DNA of 63,989 nt, filler included, from Licmophora abbreviata (Eukaryota), in NCBI GenBank assembly GCA_900291995.1. It is 9 parts of 9 records of this genome, joined end to end, with 100 filler letters (N's around TTAATTAATTAA, not from the genome) between each part and the next. Parts side by side here need not be neighbours in the genome. Positions count along the whole stretch, not along the records: positions 21,018 to 24,081 come from OLMU01004659.1; positions 24,182 to 48,106 come from OLMU01004661.1; 7 more parts are not named here. One strand, written 5' to 3'. The position numbers and the translations under genes were made by a program. Shown here piece by piece: positions 21,182 to 33,006 of this stretch. The notes below the pieces were generated by a model. It searched no databases. It had not been told where the DNA came from and saw nothing but the letters and a program-made list of their open reading frames with translations. Positions within the stretch are counted from its first letter, which is position 1. The number at the start of each line of letters is the position of its first letter.

Positions 21182-23838
21182 ATGCAGGCTGCTCCACCGT
21201 CGCCACCCGATCTTAGTCAGGAGCAGAAAGAGGACTTGGACCGGATCTGGAAAACTCACAATCGACAACTAGTAGACGTTCCAGCCAGCGCGGAGGCCAA
21301 TGCCAAAAGCGAAATTGGCGACCACACGTTTCGCTTCTTGCTTCGACTTCATGCCTTCTTTCTCGCCTTTCTTGAACAGAAGAATCTCGTGAAACCGACC
21401 TCTGAAAGCTGTTTGAAGGAGCTAACCAACATTTTATTTTTGCCTGAAGGGACCCTTTGCCTTGTGGAAGGACGGCGAGTTATTTCGGTTCACTATGAAG
21501 CCTTCCTGAGCGAACTGAACTACTTTGAGCTCAAGGGGAGAAATCCGACCGACGAATTCATCCGTCGATTTTCATTTGGGGCGTTCCTCTATCACATGCC
21601 GGAACAAGCTCTTCCGGCGCTCGGCGCTGCATTGTCATTGGCAGTCGCTACGCTGTTTAGACAGACGAACTCCTCCGAGACGACACAGCTCTGGCGCTTT
21701 ATTGATGGCTGTCAGTGGTCACTGCGTTTTTATCATGTCAAACCTCAGGTGCCAATGATGGATATACGTACAGGACTCGCGTACAAGTTCCTAACAATCA
21801 AAGGGCACGTCGTCAAGGCACGACCGAAGCGCCTGAGAGTCGTGACTGGCGAGTTTACCTGTGCCAAGTGCGGTGCACTTAGCACACACACCTTTGTCAA
21901 TGGAAGGTTCTCAGTACCATCCAAGTGCGTCACGCAGAACTGTCGCTCCAAGAATTTTTCTCTGGTCAGACCAACGGCTCGGTACATTAATGCACAAGAA
22001 CTTCGACTGCAAGAAGCACAGGAAGAGAGCACGGTACACGCCGGTCGGACACCGCGGCAGATGGAAGTAGAAGTGACGCACGATCTGGTTGACTGCTGTT
22101 GCCCAGGAGACATTGTTTTGCTCGCATGCGTCGTTCAAGCCGTCAATTCGGCTGTCGCACAGGGGAAAACTGGCAAACGGGCTCTGGAGACCAGTACGTA
22201 CAAGCTCTTTCTTGAAGCTCATTCCATAACGACAATGTCGGAGAGTAGTCGACGCGATACGGGTCAACAACAAGCAGGATCGACGGTTGTTTACACGCAA
22301 CAGCAACTACAGAGTATTACACAACTGGCGCACGCGGATCATCGATATTTCGGCATGATTGAACGAAGGGCGTTCCCATTCGACTTGCTCGTTCGGTCAC
22401 TGTGTCCGTCCATCATTGGCCATGATATGGTCAAGGCTGGTCTTCTGCTGTGTCTGTTGGGAGGTACTCCCCCGACGTCGCACTCATCCGAGAAAGCAAA
22501 TGCCATAAGAAGTAACTCTCATATTCTCGTCGTAGGGGATCCGGGCATGGGGAAGAGCCAGATGTTGTTGGCTACGACGCAGATTGCGGCTCGAAGTGTC
22601 TATGTGGGAGGTAACACGGCCTCGACGACAGGTCTTACGGTATCGCTGACCAAGGAAGTTGGAGGAGAGACTGGTATCGAAGCGGGTGCGCTCGTCTTGG
22701 CTGACCAGGGTGTGTGTTGCATTGACGAATTCGACAAGATGGCAAAGACACACCAGGATGGTACGTAGCCACCGTTCTATTCAATAAAGAGAGGCCGTAA
22801 AACTCACGTTTCTTTGCTTTCATGTCAGGCCTTTTGGAAGCGATGGAGCAGCAGCAGATATCGATCGCCAAGGCGGGCGTCGTTGCCTCGCTTCCAGCTC
22901 GATGCAGCGTGATTGCGGCTGCAAATCCAAAGCATGGAAGCTACAACATGGGAAAGACTGTTGCCGAGAATCTCAACATGGCGACTCCAATTCTATCGCG
23001 GTTCGACTTGGTCTTCATCCTTCGCGATCGTGCCGATCAAGAGCAAGACCGAATGGTATCGAGCAATATCATGAATCTCTACCGTGACGGAGGCGCAATG
23101 TCGAACAGAGGTTCTGCTGGCAATCAGCGATCGCACATCATCCCTCAGAATGATTCGCATGCTCAGAATAGGATGCCTATGATCGACCGTCTCAAGTGGG
23201 TGGCAAATATGCAAAAGGAGCCCCTACCTGCCGAGCTGGTACGCGACTATGTCGCGTACGCTCGCGAGTACTGCAAACCGAAACTCTCCCAGGAAGCCGC
23301 CGCCATTCTAAAAGACTACTTTATGACTCTAAGGTACTTGGAGTGAGTTTGTTTAATGATTCGTCCGTGCTTACAGAAACTAATGTGAGTTTCGCTCTCG
23401 TCTTGCAGATACCCCGCGGACGGAGGCACCCGCAAAGATGCCGTGCCATTGACAACACGTCAGTTAGAGGCCTTGATTCGGCTTTCTCAGGCCCGTGCAA
23501 AAGCCTGCCTCCGTGAATACGTTCTAAGAGAAGACGCTTTGGACGTTGTGGAGCTCATGACTCAGTCGGTCGACCAAGTTCATTCCGATGAGTTTGGAAC
23601 TGTGGACAAGTCAAGAGGCGGAGCAGGTGGCAAAAGCAATCGCAAAATGAAGAAGGCGTTCTTGAATGAGCTTCATCGTATTGTCGGTCCCGGAGCTGAG
23701 TGTTCTCTAGACGACTTGCGTCGAATTGCAGACAAAGTCAATTGCGGGCTTCACGAGTTTTCGACGATGGTAGACAATATGCGAAACGACGGAATGCTCG
23801 TGAAGAATGCAACGGGCACCTTCAAAGTACTGTCGTAG
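21182..23838 (+). CDS. MCM8: DNA helicase MCM8, introns 22761-22828 and 23334-23408
   Basis: Zn finger CAKC..CVTQNC, Walker A GDPGMGKS, CIDEFDKM, IAAANP..YN.GKTVAENL, SRFDL and TTRQLEALIRL. Confidence 0.9.
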
Positions 23839-24360
23839 CTTAGCGAATCTACACAGCTAGATGAGCGGTTCATAGCTACACCGTACTTTTATTGTAGCTC
23901 TACCGGGTTCTAAAGTAATGTCTAGTCAGTCTGAAAGCCGAGCTATTCTGCTTCGTCACGTCGCAATATCAGACACTGGATCGGCGTGGTTGCGCTCACC
24001 ATCACGATCGGGCTGATTGATGCGAAATTTGTCCAATCGTTTCCCCAGTTGTCGCGATTGCACTCCACTCGTCTCCGCACTNNNNNNNNNNNNNNNNNNN
24101 NNNNNNNNNNNNNNNNNNNNNNNNNTTAATTAATTAANNNNNNNNNNNNNNNNNNNNNNNNNNNNNNNNNNNNNNNNNNNNAGTATGCGTGACATCGACA
24201 GAAGTTGAAAGTGTGTTGAGTGTCGCGCCGTGTGTGAGTTAGTTGATCTGCCATGGCGAAATGCAACCCGCCGCCAAAGCCGACGAGATGGAAATGAAAA
24301 CATTCACTGTCGACATGAGTACCGGCACATGTATGAAATAGGGAACTCCTTCTTTCGTCG

Positions 24361-27273
24361 ATGGATTGGCTGCTTAAATCATCCCGTCCAGGCGTTTGGT
24401 CGGTCGAACGCCTAATGGAGCTTTACGCTGACCTGCTGTTTCATGTGGTCATTGCAAAAGAGAAAGATCTTGGGAGACGGCGGTCGGACCTTGGGTGCCC
24501 TGGCGATCAGTTGTCGAGTCCATCGTTGAGAAAATCACTTGTTCGGAAATTAATCGGAGAGCCCCAGGGACCGAAGAGTCCGATGAGGACTCGTGATCTT
24601 GCGACCGCCTTCAACATGCTATCGGCGACGCCAGCATTTGACAGGGAGGGGATCAATGCTAGTGCCGCGAGTGCCATACGCGACACGGGCAAAATTTCGG
24701 CTTTGTCGTCGGCTAGGCATAAGGAGTCTCACATCGTAAAGCTGATTCGCAAAATTGGAGAAATTGTTGTACATGGCGATCAGCGAGGAACGGATCTTCG
24801 TCGTGATGCTATCTTTGAATACTTTTGCGACAAAGATATGCTAGCTTTGATGGTTGACATAGCGAAATCGCAGCCATCGAATGTCCGGTCCACAAAATAT
24901 GAGTACCACAAGGTTGTTTGGAGTCCACGTGTCAAGGCGCAGGTACTACAAACAGTCTCTACTCTCGTGGCCAACACACGAGATACGCCCTCGTTGTACT
25001 ATCTCCTGTCGAACAATCATCTAAACGAATTGGTCGACTCTATGTTACCATTGAATCAGTGGTCGGAACCAGCACTGGAAGAAATGCTTCCTGTTTACAC
25101 GTCCTTCCTTAGAAGCATCGTTGTACACCTCAGGTCCGCTCCTGGTGTCTTCTCATTCCTCTCAGTCAAAGGGGCCGACGGAGACAGTCAAACGCTTCGA
25201 TTTCCAGCATTCTCGGCGTCGATCGAGGTGCTAACGAATTCTCTTGGTCAGTCTGATTCACGTACATACGATATGTCACTCGGTATGATGATCGATGTCA
25301 TGCGACTGTCGGATCCATCGGTGTGCGAGTGGGTGTCTTCAGCTACTGCCGAGCATCACAGACTGGCACTTCACATTTGCCATCGTCTTCTGAAACGTTA
25401 CGAGCGCTTGTCAATGCTTACGACTGGACCCGTAGTTGATCCCGTTCGGTCGGACGCAATAGCTGGACAACTGTCGATCTTGCAGGGGTATCTTGACTCT
25501 CTGAATGACATGCTAGCATGCGGGGTACGGGCGCTCAACGTGCGCATCTGTGACTGCTTACTCCAGAGAGTTATTGGCCCACTCCTCCGTAATCTTGCTC
25601 CAGAAGGGCATCGCCTAGCTGTCGGGGGGACTGATGTGGATGTAATACCCGGGCAAGAAGCAATGGCGCAGACTTCTGCCATGTTTTTGGCTTACTTCTT
25701 TACGTGCCTAGAGTACGTTCCTCTACTTCGCATGTTGGCAGTCGCAGTTTTTCATCCTTACTCGCCTTCCGTGTTGTCAAATCCCGGAGCGAGCCACACG
25801 TTGAATGATGGACAGTATAGTTTGACAAAAGCCTTGAATAAAGTCGTCTCGATAGCTCCCGGCAGCGTTGGAGGTAACCTTCAGAATGACGACCTGCACG
25901 CAGAATCGAATCCGTTTCGAAAGGAGATTTTCAATATACTGTGTGGGCGAGAAGGAGATTGGCGTTTCATCCCTGTATCTCTCTTGTTCGAAAGCGCGCT
26001 AAACTCTGCAGCCCTCGATTTGAAAACTCTGGTATCATTCGACTTGCTGCCTGAGATCGATGTTCGAGCAGAGGAATACCCGCAGTCTCGGATCGAGGAA
26101 GCGTTGACCGTATTCTTTCAGTCGCACCAACTGACAAAGGCTTCTTTTATCTCTGGTCTGGCTCTGGAGCGTGCGGGGGCACTGTCCCAAACGACCCTAT
26201 CGCGCATGTCGTGGATAGCGTCGGTATCAGAGCCTCAAGTGTTACGTGAATCTACTCTCCTGACGAGTCTTCATCGAACACGGTCCCAGCTGTTCGCGAT
26301 TGCATGGAGCTTTAAAGGACAGACAGGTGTGTCTCAATTGTATGTTGAACTTATTCAGTACGCTGTTGCGAGCCGGTACCAGAAACTCAGTGAAGACGGC
26401 TTGGCGAACGGCGGGACGTTCTATGGGTGCCCAATGAATAAGTTTTCGTGTGCAGAGAACATTGGTTCCGCTGACAGTCTCATTCGAAAGCTTCGAAATC
26501 TTAATTCACACGATGTAGAAGATGCAAAGTTCGCAATAAGAATGGCCCTTCACTTTCGAGCTGTATGCAGAGCGGCTGAGCTTCACTTTTACGAGAGTGG
26601 TACTTTGGAGCCGCACCTACGGTCAGCTACACAGTATGGCATCGACATTGCCGACGATTTGCTCATTGAGATAGGAGATCTCAAGATCAAACCGCTGGTT
26701 GGTACGGATCTTGATCTGCGCGGAAGAATGACCTTTCGGTTCTTTGCGCCGTCAAAACGGATAGAGCCGTACAAGGCAGATTTGCTGGACACAAATGATG
26801 GTAGTGGCCAGCGGACCTTTTCGGAAGAGCTGTCACTTCGACGAACCTCGCACTTACTTCTGGTGTTGGATCCAACAGACCTGTTTGTCGTAAAGCCCAT
26901 TAACCGAAGCGACGTGAGTCGCGGATCGATCGTTTGTGAAACGTCTTTGCGCAGCTTGATTGGATGCGCCACGGACGGGGAATGGCTACACATAGCAATT
27001 CGAAACGTACCTGACGTAGGATCCTTGATCAAGAATGGCAATATGGCTCTTCGATTCGAGAGCGTCGGCACGTGCCTGATTGTTCGTCAGTATTTAGAAC
27101 GCTTGCAGTCATCGTTGCGATATGACTTGATGGAGAAGATTCGAACGCTGTTTGAAGAAGAGAGTCTGACTTCGACTGGGGATGAGCATGCCAATGGCAC
27201 TGATGCTAACCTTGGATACGCAATTGGCCAAGGTGACCATGCTAATGGACAGCACGACTCTGTGTCAGTTTAA
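24361..27273 (+). CDS. CLEC16A/TT9 (FPL-domain) endolysosomal trafficking protein
   Basis: Motifs IRKIGEIVVHGDQ, FEYFCDKDM and VKAQVLQTVSTLVAN..SLYYLLSNNHLNEL; PH-like C-terminus. Confidence 0.85.
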   Translation: MDWLLKSSRPGVWSVERLMELYADLLFHVVIAKEKDLGRRRSDLGCPGDQLSSPSLRKSLVRKLIGEPQGPKSPMRTRDLATAFNMLSATPAFDREGINASAASAIRDTGKISALSSARHKESHIVKLIRKIGEIVVHGDQRGTDLRRDAIFEYFCDKDMLALMVDIAKSQPSNVRSTKYEYHKVVWSPRVKAQVLQTVSTLVANTRDTPSLYYLLSNNHLNELVDSMLPLNQWSEPALEEMLPVYTSFLRSIVVHLRSAPGVFSFLSVKGADGDSQTLRFPAFSASIEVLTNSLGQSDSRTYDMSLGMMIDVMRLSDPSVCEWVSSATAEHHRLALHICHRLLKRYERLSMLTTGPVVDPVRSDAIAGQLSILQGYLDSLNDMLACGVRALNVRICDCLLQRVIGPLLRNLAPEGHRLAVGGTDVDVIPGQEAMAQTSAMFLAYFFTCLEYVPLLRMLAVAVFHPYSPSVLSNPGASHTLNDGQYSLTKALNKVVSIAPGSVGGNLQNDDLHAESNPFRKEIFNILCGREGDWRFIPVSLLFESALNSAALDLKTLVSFDLLPEIDVRAEEYPQSRIEEALTVFFQSHQLTKASFISGLALERAGALSQTTLSRMSWIASVSEPQVLRESTLLTSLHRTRSQLFAIAWSFKGQTGVSQLYVELIQYAVASRYQKLSEDGLANGGTFYGCPMNKFSCAENIGSADSLIRKLRNLNSHDVEDAKFAIRMALHFRAVCRAAELHFYESGTLEPHLRSATQYGIDIADDLLIEIGDLKIKPLVGTDLDLRGRMTFRFFAPSKRIEPYKADLLDTNDGSGQRTFSEELSLRRTSHLLLVLDPTDLFVVKPINRSDVSRGSIVCETSLRSLIGCATDGEWLHIAIRNVPDVGSLIKNGNMALRFESVGTCLIVRQYLERLQSSLRYDLMEKIRTLFEEESLTSTGDEHANGTDANLGYAIGQGDHANGQHDSVSV

Positions 27274-27318
27274 AATTTAGAATAAAAGAGCTACCTGGCA
27301 GTTCTTATAAAAGAAGGA

Positions 27319-28368
27319 CTACTTTTTTGCCGACGCTTTGTTCATCATCTTGACGCCGAAGGCGACCACTGCAGGTGCTGACAAAATGAGCGCCGATCCC
27401 AAGATGCAATGGAACGGAACCCAAAAATCATACGAAGACCCCAATCTCTTCTTCACGGTCAAGTCAACAGGTGGAAGATCGGGGAGCGCAGGGAGAATGT
27501 CCTTGCTGAGATTCGAGACGATTCGCTTCACAAGAGACTGCATCTTGATACCCCGCTTTCCGACCGCCTCGAGCACTTCCTCATGGTTGGCATCAGGTCC
27601 CTCGTCGCCCTCAAAGATCACTTTGTTGGTAATGAGCGATAGGCAAAGTACCTTCATACCACTGTGGTGTGCTGCAACAATCTCGGGAACCGTCGACATG
27701 CCGACAGCGTCACCGCCGAGACCGCGGAGGAGTGTGCACTCCTGCTTCGATTCAAATTGAGGGCCAGAAACGAAGCAGTAACATGCCCCTTCGGCGCGGA
27801 CAAAGTCAAAACCGAGCTCCTTCGCGGCCCCTACAGCAACGTCACGAAACTCCTTTGGATAAGCATTGCTTGTTGCTGGAAACCGAGGACCCAGCTCGTC
27901 GTCATTCGGTCCAACAAGTGGGTTCTTCCCCGCCATCATTGGGATTGCAATGTGATCCGATAGCGGTACGACATCTCCGACCTTGTAATCTGGATTGATC
28001 CCGCCCGCAGCATTGGTAAGCAAAAGAAACTTGACGCCGACGCACCGCATAACTCGAACAGGCAAGATGAGTGTCGACATAGGATGTCCTTCGTAAGAGT
28101 GGAAGCGGCCCCTGAAACACATCGTTGGTACACCACCTAGGGCCCCGATGACAACTTCGCCTTTATGTCCCGACACAGTACATTCTGCGGGGAATCCGGG
28201 AATATCGCCGTACTTCACGGTCAAGGTCTTGCCCTCAAGTGCTTTGGACAGTCCTGCTAAACCTGAGCCACAGACGATGCCCACTGAAGGAAGTGGAAGA
28301 CCAGCCCGTTCCACCTGCTTCTTCAAGTAGGCAGCCGCAACTCGATACGGAACAAACGAAGGGTCCAT
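27319..28368 (-). CDS. PNP: Purine nucleoside phosphorylase (trimeric type) with a C-terminal hydrophobic tail
   Basis: Motifs GIVCGSGL, GHKG, GRFHSYEG, TNAAGGIN, GPQFES, DAVGMSTVPE and NHEEVL. Confidence 0.95.
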   Translation of the reverse strand: MDPSFVPYRVAAAYLKKQVERAGLPLPSVGIVCGSGLAGLSKALEGKTLTVKYGDIPGFPAECTVSGHKGEVVIGALGGVPTMCFRGRFHSYEGHPMSTLILPVRVMRCVGVKFLLLTNAAGGINPDYKVGDVVPLSDHIAIPMMAGKNPLVGPNDDELGPRFPATSNAYPKEFRDVAVGAAKELGFDFVRAEGACYCFVSGPQFESKQECTLLRGLGGDAVGMSTVPEIVAAHHSGMKVLCLSLITNKVIFEGDEGPDANHEEVLEAVGKRGIKMQSLVKRIVSNLSKDILPALPDLPPVDLTVKKRLGSSYDFWVPFHCILGSALILSAPAVVAFGVKMMNKASAKK

Positions 28369-28691
28369 GGTTGCGTATTCTCTGCGACTGAACGCTGTCT
28401 TCCGTTCTGCAGCGGGAACAATGCTATGTAACCTTTCGCCCGAACCCTGAACCCTTTGCCGTGTTTTGTGTTTTGTGTTTTGTTCACCCGGATGTAGTGC
28501 AGTGACGTACTAAGTAGGACAGGCCAGTCCTATCGCGGGCTTCACTGTATTTCTCAACGATCGCGCGATGAATCTTCAACTACGGCTCTCAGCCACAGAA
28601 TGTTTGGAAGATTGCAGATCAAGATTGCACATCGCAACAAACATCACAGTCATCATCACCACACACATATATCGTCCAAAAGAGTCCCACA

Positions 28692-30215
28692 ATGTCGCCA
28701 TCGTTGTGTCAGGCTGCCACAGCTACGTCTCTTCTACTTCTCGCAGCAGAGGCTTCCAAGGATTTCAATCCCAACCACGCTCGCACTCCCGCTGGCCCCC
28801 CGGTGCCGCGTTCCGATCAGTTCACCTTTAGCCAGCATCTTTCAGTGGATCCGGTGGACGATTCGGTGAATGTGTCTGCTGAGACGGAAGCTCTGACATT
28901 TTATAGTGACGCTGATGAGTCATTTACAGATGAGTCGACTACGTCTGTTGTAAGCTCGTCGCTGCTGTACGATGGAGGCTGCTATGTGTCATCACAAGCC
29001 ATGATGTGCAATGGAGGAGCTGGCGACGGCAGTCAATTCTTTCTGTCCGGGCTTGGTATGCACTTCGATGATTCAGATCAAGAAGATAGCGACGATGATG
29101 ACGATGAAGATGACGAGGATGACGGCCATTCCTCAATGTTGTCAAATGCGTCGATTCGACGATCACGTGTGCCTGCCATGGGCGATGATGTCGACTCTCG
29201 AAGAAGTCAAGGCGCTCCTACAGCATCGTGCTCGGATGCGCCCTCGACGAATCGAAGCTCTCCTACTTGTTCTGGTAGCGCTGCACTTTCCGTTCGTGGT
29301 GGTGCGGCGTCACTCTCGTTGGGCTCAGAGTTTGCCAAGAAACTACTCGTAGCCGCTGTTGTCACGCTTGCCTACGAGGCTTGCTTGGGTCACTTGCTTG
29401 AGTTTGTCAAGATCTCCATGCAAACATCTCCACCAGGGACAACTTATGGCGATGTCTTAAGTGCCATCACAGCGGAGAAGGGGCTTGCCGGAATTTGGGA
29501 TGGTTTCGTACCATGGGGTGTCGTACAGTCTATCTTCAAAGGTGGAGTGTTCGGCCTAGCTCATGCAATTGCCACTCAACTTTTGCTACCTATGGCGGAC
29601 GACGGGAAACTACCAAAGCAACTGGCGCTTACCCTGGCGGGGGGCATCGCGGGTGGGTTTCAAGGATACGTCCTCTCTCCAACGCTTTTGCTCAAGACAC
29701 GAGTCATGACAAACCCAGTATTTCGCGAGAGCATGTCAATACTCCGATCCACTATGCTTAGTTTCCGAGTCGGTATCGATGTTGTCGCCGACGAGGGTAT
29801 TGGTGCGCTTATGAAAGGATCGAATGTGTTTGCTACAAAGCGAGTGTTCGACTGGGCAACACGATACTTCTTTGCGGATGTCTTCGAATCAATGATTAGT
29901 GCAAGAAAAGGCAGTGAGACCTTGACGGCGACAGAAAAAATTGGTGCATCTCTTCTGGGAGGGACAGTGTCGACTCTGTGCACACTCCCGTTGGATGTAC
30001 TTGTTGCAAAGACACAAGATGCAAAGAAGGCTGGTGTCAAGGTGTCACCACTGCAGCTCTTCCGAGACGAGCTCAAGGAGTTGGGACTGGGCGGGCTCTA
30101 CAGTGCGTACATGCGCGGCTTCGAAGTAAGGCTTGCTCACGTTTGCTTCACGACGGTGGCCATGAAGACTGCATCGCCCTATTTGTTTGATTGTTTATTT
30201 GGAGCAAAAGTGTAG
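28692..30215 (+). CDS. Mitochondrial carrier family (YHM2-like) protein with a long signal-peptide-bearing N-terminal extension
   Basis: Carrier repeats GHLLEFVKISMQ, SPTLLLKTRVM and LPLDVLVAKTQ; GIWDGFVPWG; hydrophobic leader ATSLLLLAAEA. Confidence 0.8.
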   Translation: MSPSLCQAATATSLLLLAAEASKDFNPNHARTPAGPPVPRSDQFTFSQHLSVDPVDDSVNVSAETEALTFYSDADESFTDESTTSVVSSSLLYDGGCYVSSQAMMCNGGAGDGSQFFLSGLGMHFDDSDQEDSDDDDDEDDEDDGHSSMLSNASIRRSRVPAMGDDVDSRRSQGAPTASCSDAPSTNRSSPTCSGSAALSVRGGAASLSLGSEFAKKLLVAAVVTLAYEACLGHLLEFVKISMQTSPPGTTYGDVLSAITAEKGLAGIWDGFVPWGVVQSIFKGGVFGLAHAIATQLLLPMADDGKLPKQLALTLAGGIAGGFQGYVLSPTLLLKTRVMTNPVFRESMSILRSTMLSFRVGIDVVADEGIGALMKGSNVFATKRVFDWATRYFFADVFESMISARKGSETLTATEKIGASLLGGTVSTLCTLPLDVLVAKTQDAKKAGVKVSPLQLFRDELKELGLGGLYSAYMRGFEVRLAHVCFTTVAMKTASPYLFDCLFGAKV

Positions 30216-30262
30216 ACTCATTAGCTAACGAACACTACCGGTTGACTATGTTTAATTTTTCA

Positions 30263-32676
30263 TTACAGTGACTCGTCCACTAGCTCCCCATCACTGTTTC
30301 CAGCCTCATCGATCGTCTCGCTTTTATCGGTAGCGTCACCATCAACGTCTTCTGCTTGGTCGATTGACTCGCCATCGTCCATAGCCTCACCATCGACATC
30401 ATCTAGCTTGTCGATCGCTTCCCCTTCATAGATAGCCTCACCATCTACGTCTTCTGATTTGTCGATCGCTTCGTCGTCATCGATAGCCTCACCATCGAAG
30501 TCTTCCTCTGCAACTGGTTCGGCGTTGTCCACAATCTCTTCACGATCGGGTTCTGAAAGTAGCGGCTTAGAACCAGCGACCGGTGCAAAAGTCGAGTCAG
30601 CTTCGTTGGTGACCTCTACCCAGTCGCCCCGAGGTTTGCTGGTTACCGGTCCGATGTTGTCCGCATTGTCTACATCACTTGCGCGTTCATTTTCGTCCGT
30701 TGCGGCATTGTCTGCTTCTTGTGCAGGTTCGTCTTTCGGCGGCAGCTCACGCCCTTCAAATCGCATCTCAAGCTCGTCCATGAACGCGGAATTGTACACA
30801 CTCCAATTTGTCCAAGCACTCAGTACTGAGCTCACTGCCATGCGCAGCTTGTTCAATGTCATTCGTCCAACTTTCCCGCCACCATGCTTACCAAGACTAG
30901 TAAAGACATCAGCAGCCATCCGTTCAATCGCGTCACGATAGAGAAAAGCGTTCCGCACGCCTGGCTGCTGCGAGTTGAACAGAATATCGGAGAGTAGAAA
31001 CAAACGCGCAACACGAGAGTCCAAGCTGGCTCTGTCATCCAACAGAAGCTCCTTGAGTAAGTCAGATATTTGCTTGGCGGCACCGCTCTTTTCGAAGCAG
31101 AACGCCATCGCTTCACAGATCGCGTCTCTAGAGGAACAGAGCCGCGTTCGAGTTAGCTCATTGAACTCCATAAGTTCATTGTCGGTGAGTTGCGCCCCAC
31201 CATCAGAGCCAACACTCCGCCCTCGGCCAGACGTTTTGAACTGTTCGAGCTGCCGCCCAGTCATATAGTCCTTGCGACCAGCAAGACGTCGACGCTGTGC
31301 CTTCTGCTGACGGACGAGCTGGTCCCGTTCCATATTCACCTGCTCTTCTCTCAACGCAGCATCACGGTCTAGCATCGGTGGAACCCACAAGACGCCATGG
31401 GGCTTCATCATGACGAATGGCTCGGTCCTCCAGTTGTCGAAGCCATCATCGCCTTGGCAGAACGCATATACTCTCCAACGATAAAAGATGTGCTCCTCTC
31501 GTTGTTGAATGGGTGCATCAGCCCCAGCAGTCAAAAAGGAAAAGTGTGGATTGCCTGTCTCTCTGGCAATCAGTTTCTGTTCTAGCGCAGAACCGTCTTT
31601 TGCAACAAACGAAGCAATCGCTACAATAAATCGCCTGCGTCTCTGATCAGGAGGCACCGTAACACGAATCGCTCCTGCACCAAGAACGGACGGATCGCGC
31701 TTGATCGCGTCTCCACACGAGGGACCTCCGCCGCCATCGCCATTCACGCCAAAGCGCGGACGCTTGGCATCCGGCAGGAGGGAAGAGCCTTCCCCAAGTG
31801 AATTCTTTCGTACCGGTCGAGGAGCACTAATTCCGCCGGTCCCGCGCCGGACAATCTTCTTGACTTGCTTTCCCCATCGTAACATGAGACGTCGACCAAC
31901 ATTGAATGGGTCCGTCTCAGCAAGAGTATCCATTGCTTCTTCAGCATCTGTTCGATGCATAAAGCAGACGAAACCAGTGTTTCGATTGCGCGCACGTTCC
32001 TCCGGAGTCCGAGGCCACATGATCTTCAACGAGTACAAATCTCCTGTTGTAGTTCATGTTTCATTTGCAATTGACAAAAAAGAAGGAAAGACCAGAAACA
32101 GCTAGCCGAGCGGTGTTAGTGCTAAGCGCGGGATGACTTTCCCAAAGCAAGTAAACAAGCCGTCGACCCGAAAGACACATGGGCACGAACAGCACACACG
32201 AATAGCGCTGCCGACCTCATGACAATAAGATGCTCACCAAACTGACGAAATAGCTCAGTCACTTGCTCTTCTGTGACACTGGGTGCGAGATTTCCGACAA
32301 AGATGTTCGTCGTCAGGTGTTCTTCTCCCGGTTGTACATAGCTGCCTTTCTTTTCTGGCACGAAGCGATCCCGCCGAGTGCTACTAGTGGATACCTTTTC
32401 CTCTTCCAGCTCCTTCAGTACAGCATCCATCGCGGCCTTCCGAGCACCACTTGTCCCATGATGTCGTTTCATTGAAGAAGTATTGCTCACAGGAAGAGTG
32501 GCCGACTGAGGCGTCTTCGAATCATCCGTACTACTAGGACGGCTTGCCGCGGATACCCTACTGCTAATCGACGATGAATCGTTGTTCTTTTTGTTCTTTG
32601 ATGACAAAGCCGAAAACGCATCTTCTTCTTCCGACGAAGACTCGTCCTCTACAGGATTCCCCCTTCTACGGATCAT
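30263..32676 (-). CDS. U2SURP: U2 snRNP-associated SURP-motif protein (SR140), intron 32044-32237
   Basis: RRM (TTNIFVGNLAP..FG|DLYSLKIMWPRT..RNTGFVCF), SURP (HIFYRWRVYAF) and CID (ARLFLLSDILFNS) domains. Confidence 0.92.
30266..30510 (-). repeat. Coding tandem repeat, about 5 x 51 bp (17 aa, EDxDGEAxDxxExID)
   Basis: Units EDFDGEAIDDDEAIDKS / EDVDGEAIYEGEAIDKL / DDVDGEAMDDGESIDQA / EDVDGDATDKSETIDEA / GNSDGELVDESL. Confidence 0.85.
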
Positions 32677-33006
32677 GCTTGACAAATCGAAATTATGATA
32701 AACCCATCAAGCTATGCTGAAGTCGTCGCAGTCGCTCATCATAGTCGCATCCATCGTCGTTGTCACACAAGAGTGTGTCCGGCGAAAAAGAATACTCCTC
32801 AGCTCTTCTATTGCAACAACAATACTCACATCTGACTAATTCGTCTTCGTAGACGCGAGGAAAATGGATGCGATGCGACACACACGCGCGTGTGTGACGA
32901 TGTGTGTTTTGCTTTTCTTGTGATGAGCAACAAGCATACACAAACAGGCCTCTCCGTCGAGCCTGAAACGCCTGGAGCAATACCATCAGCTGTTTCGTTA
33001 ATTAGA

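Noticed and set aside
28441..28485. AACCCTG-AACCCT telomere-like pair and (GTGTTTT)x3
   Set aside because: Too few copies. It is a promoter/5'UTR low-complexity tract, not a telomere or CRISPR array.
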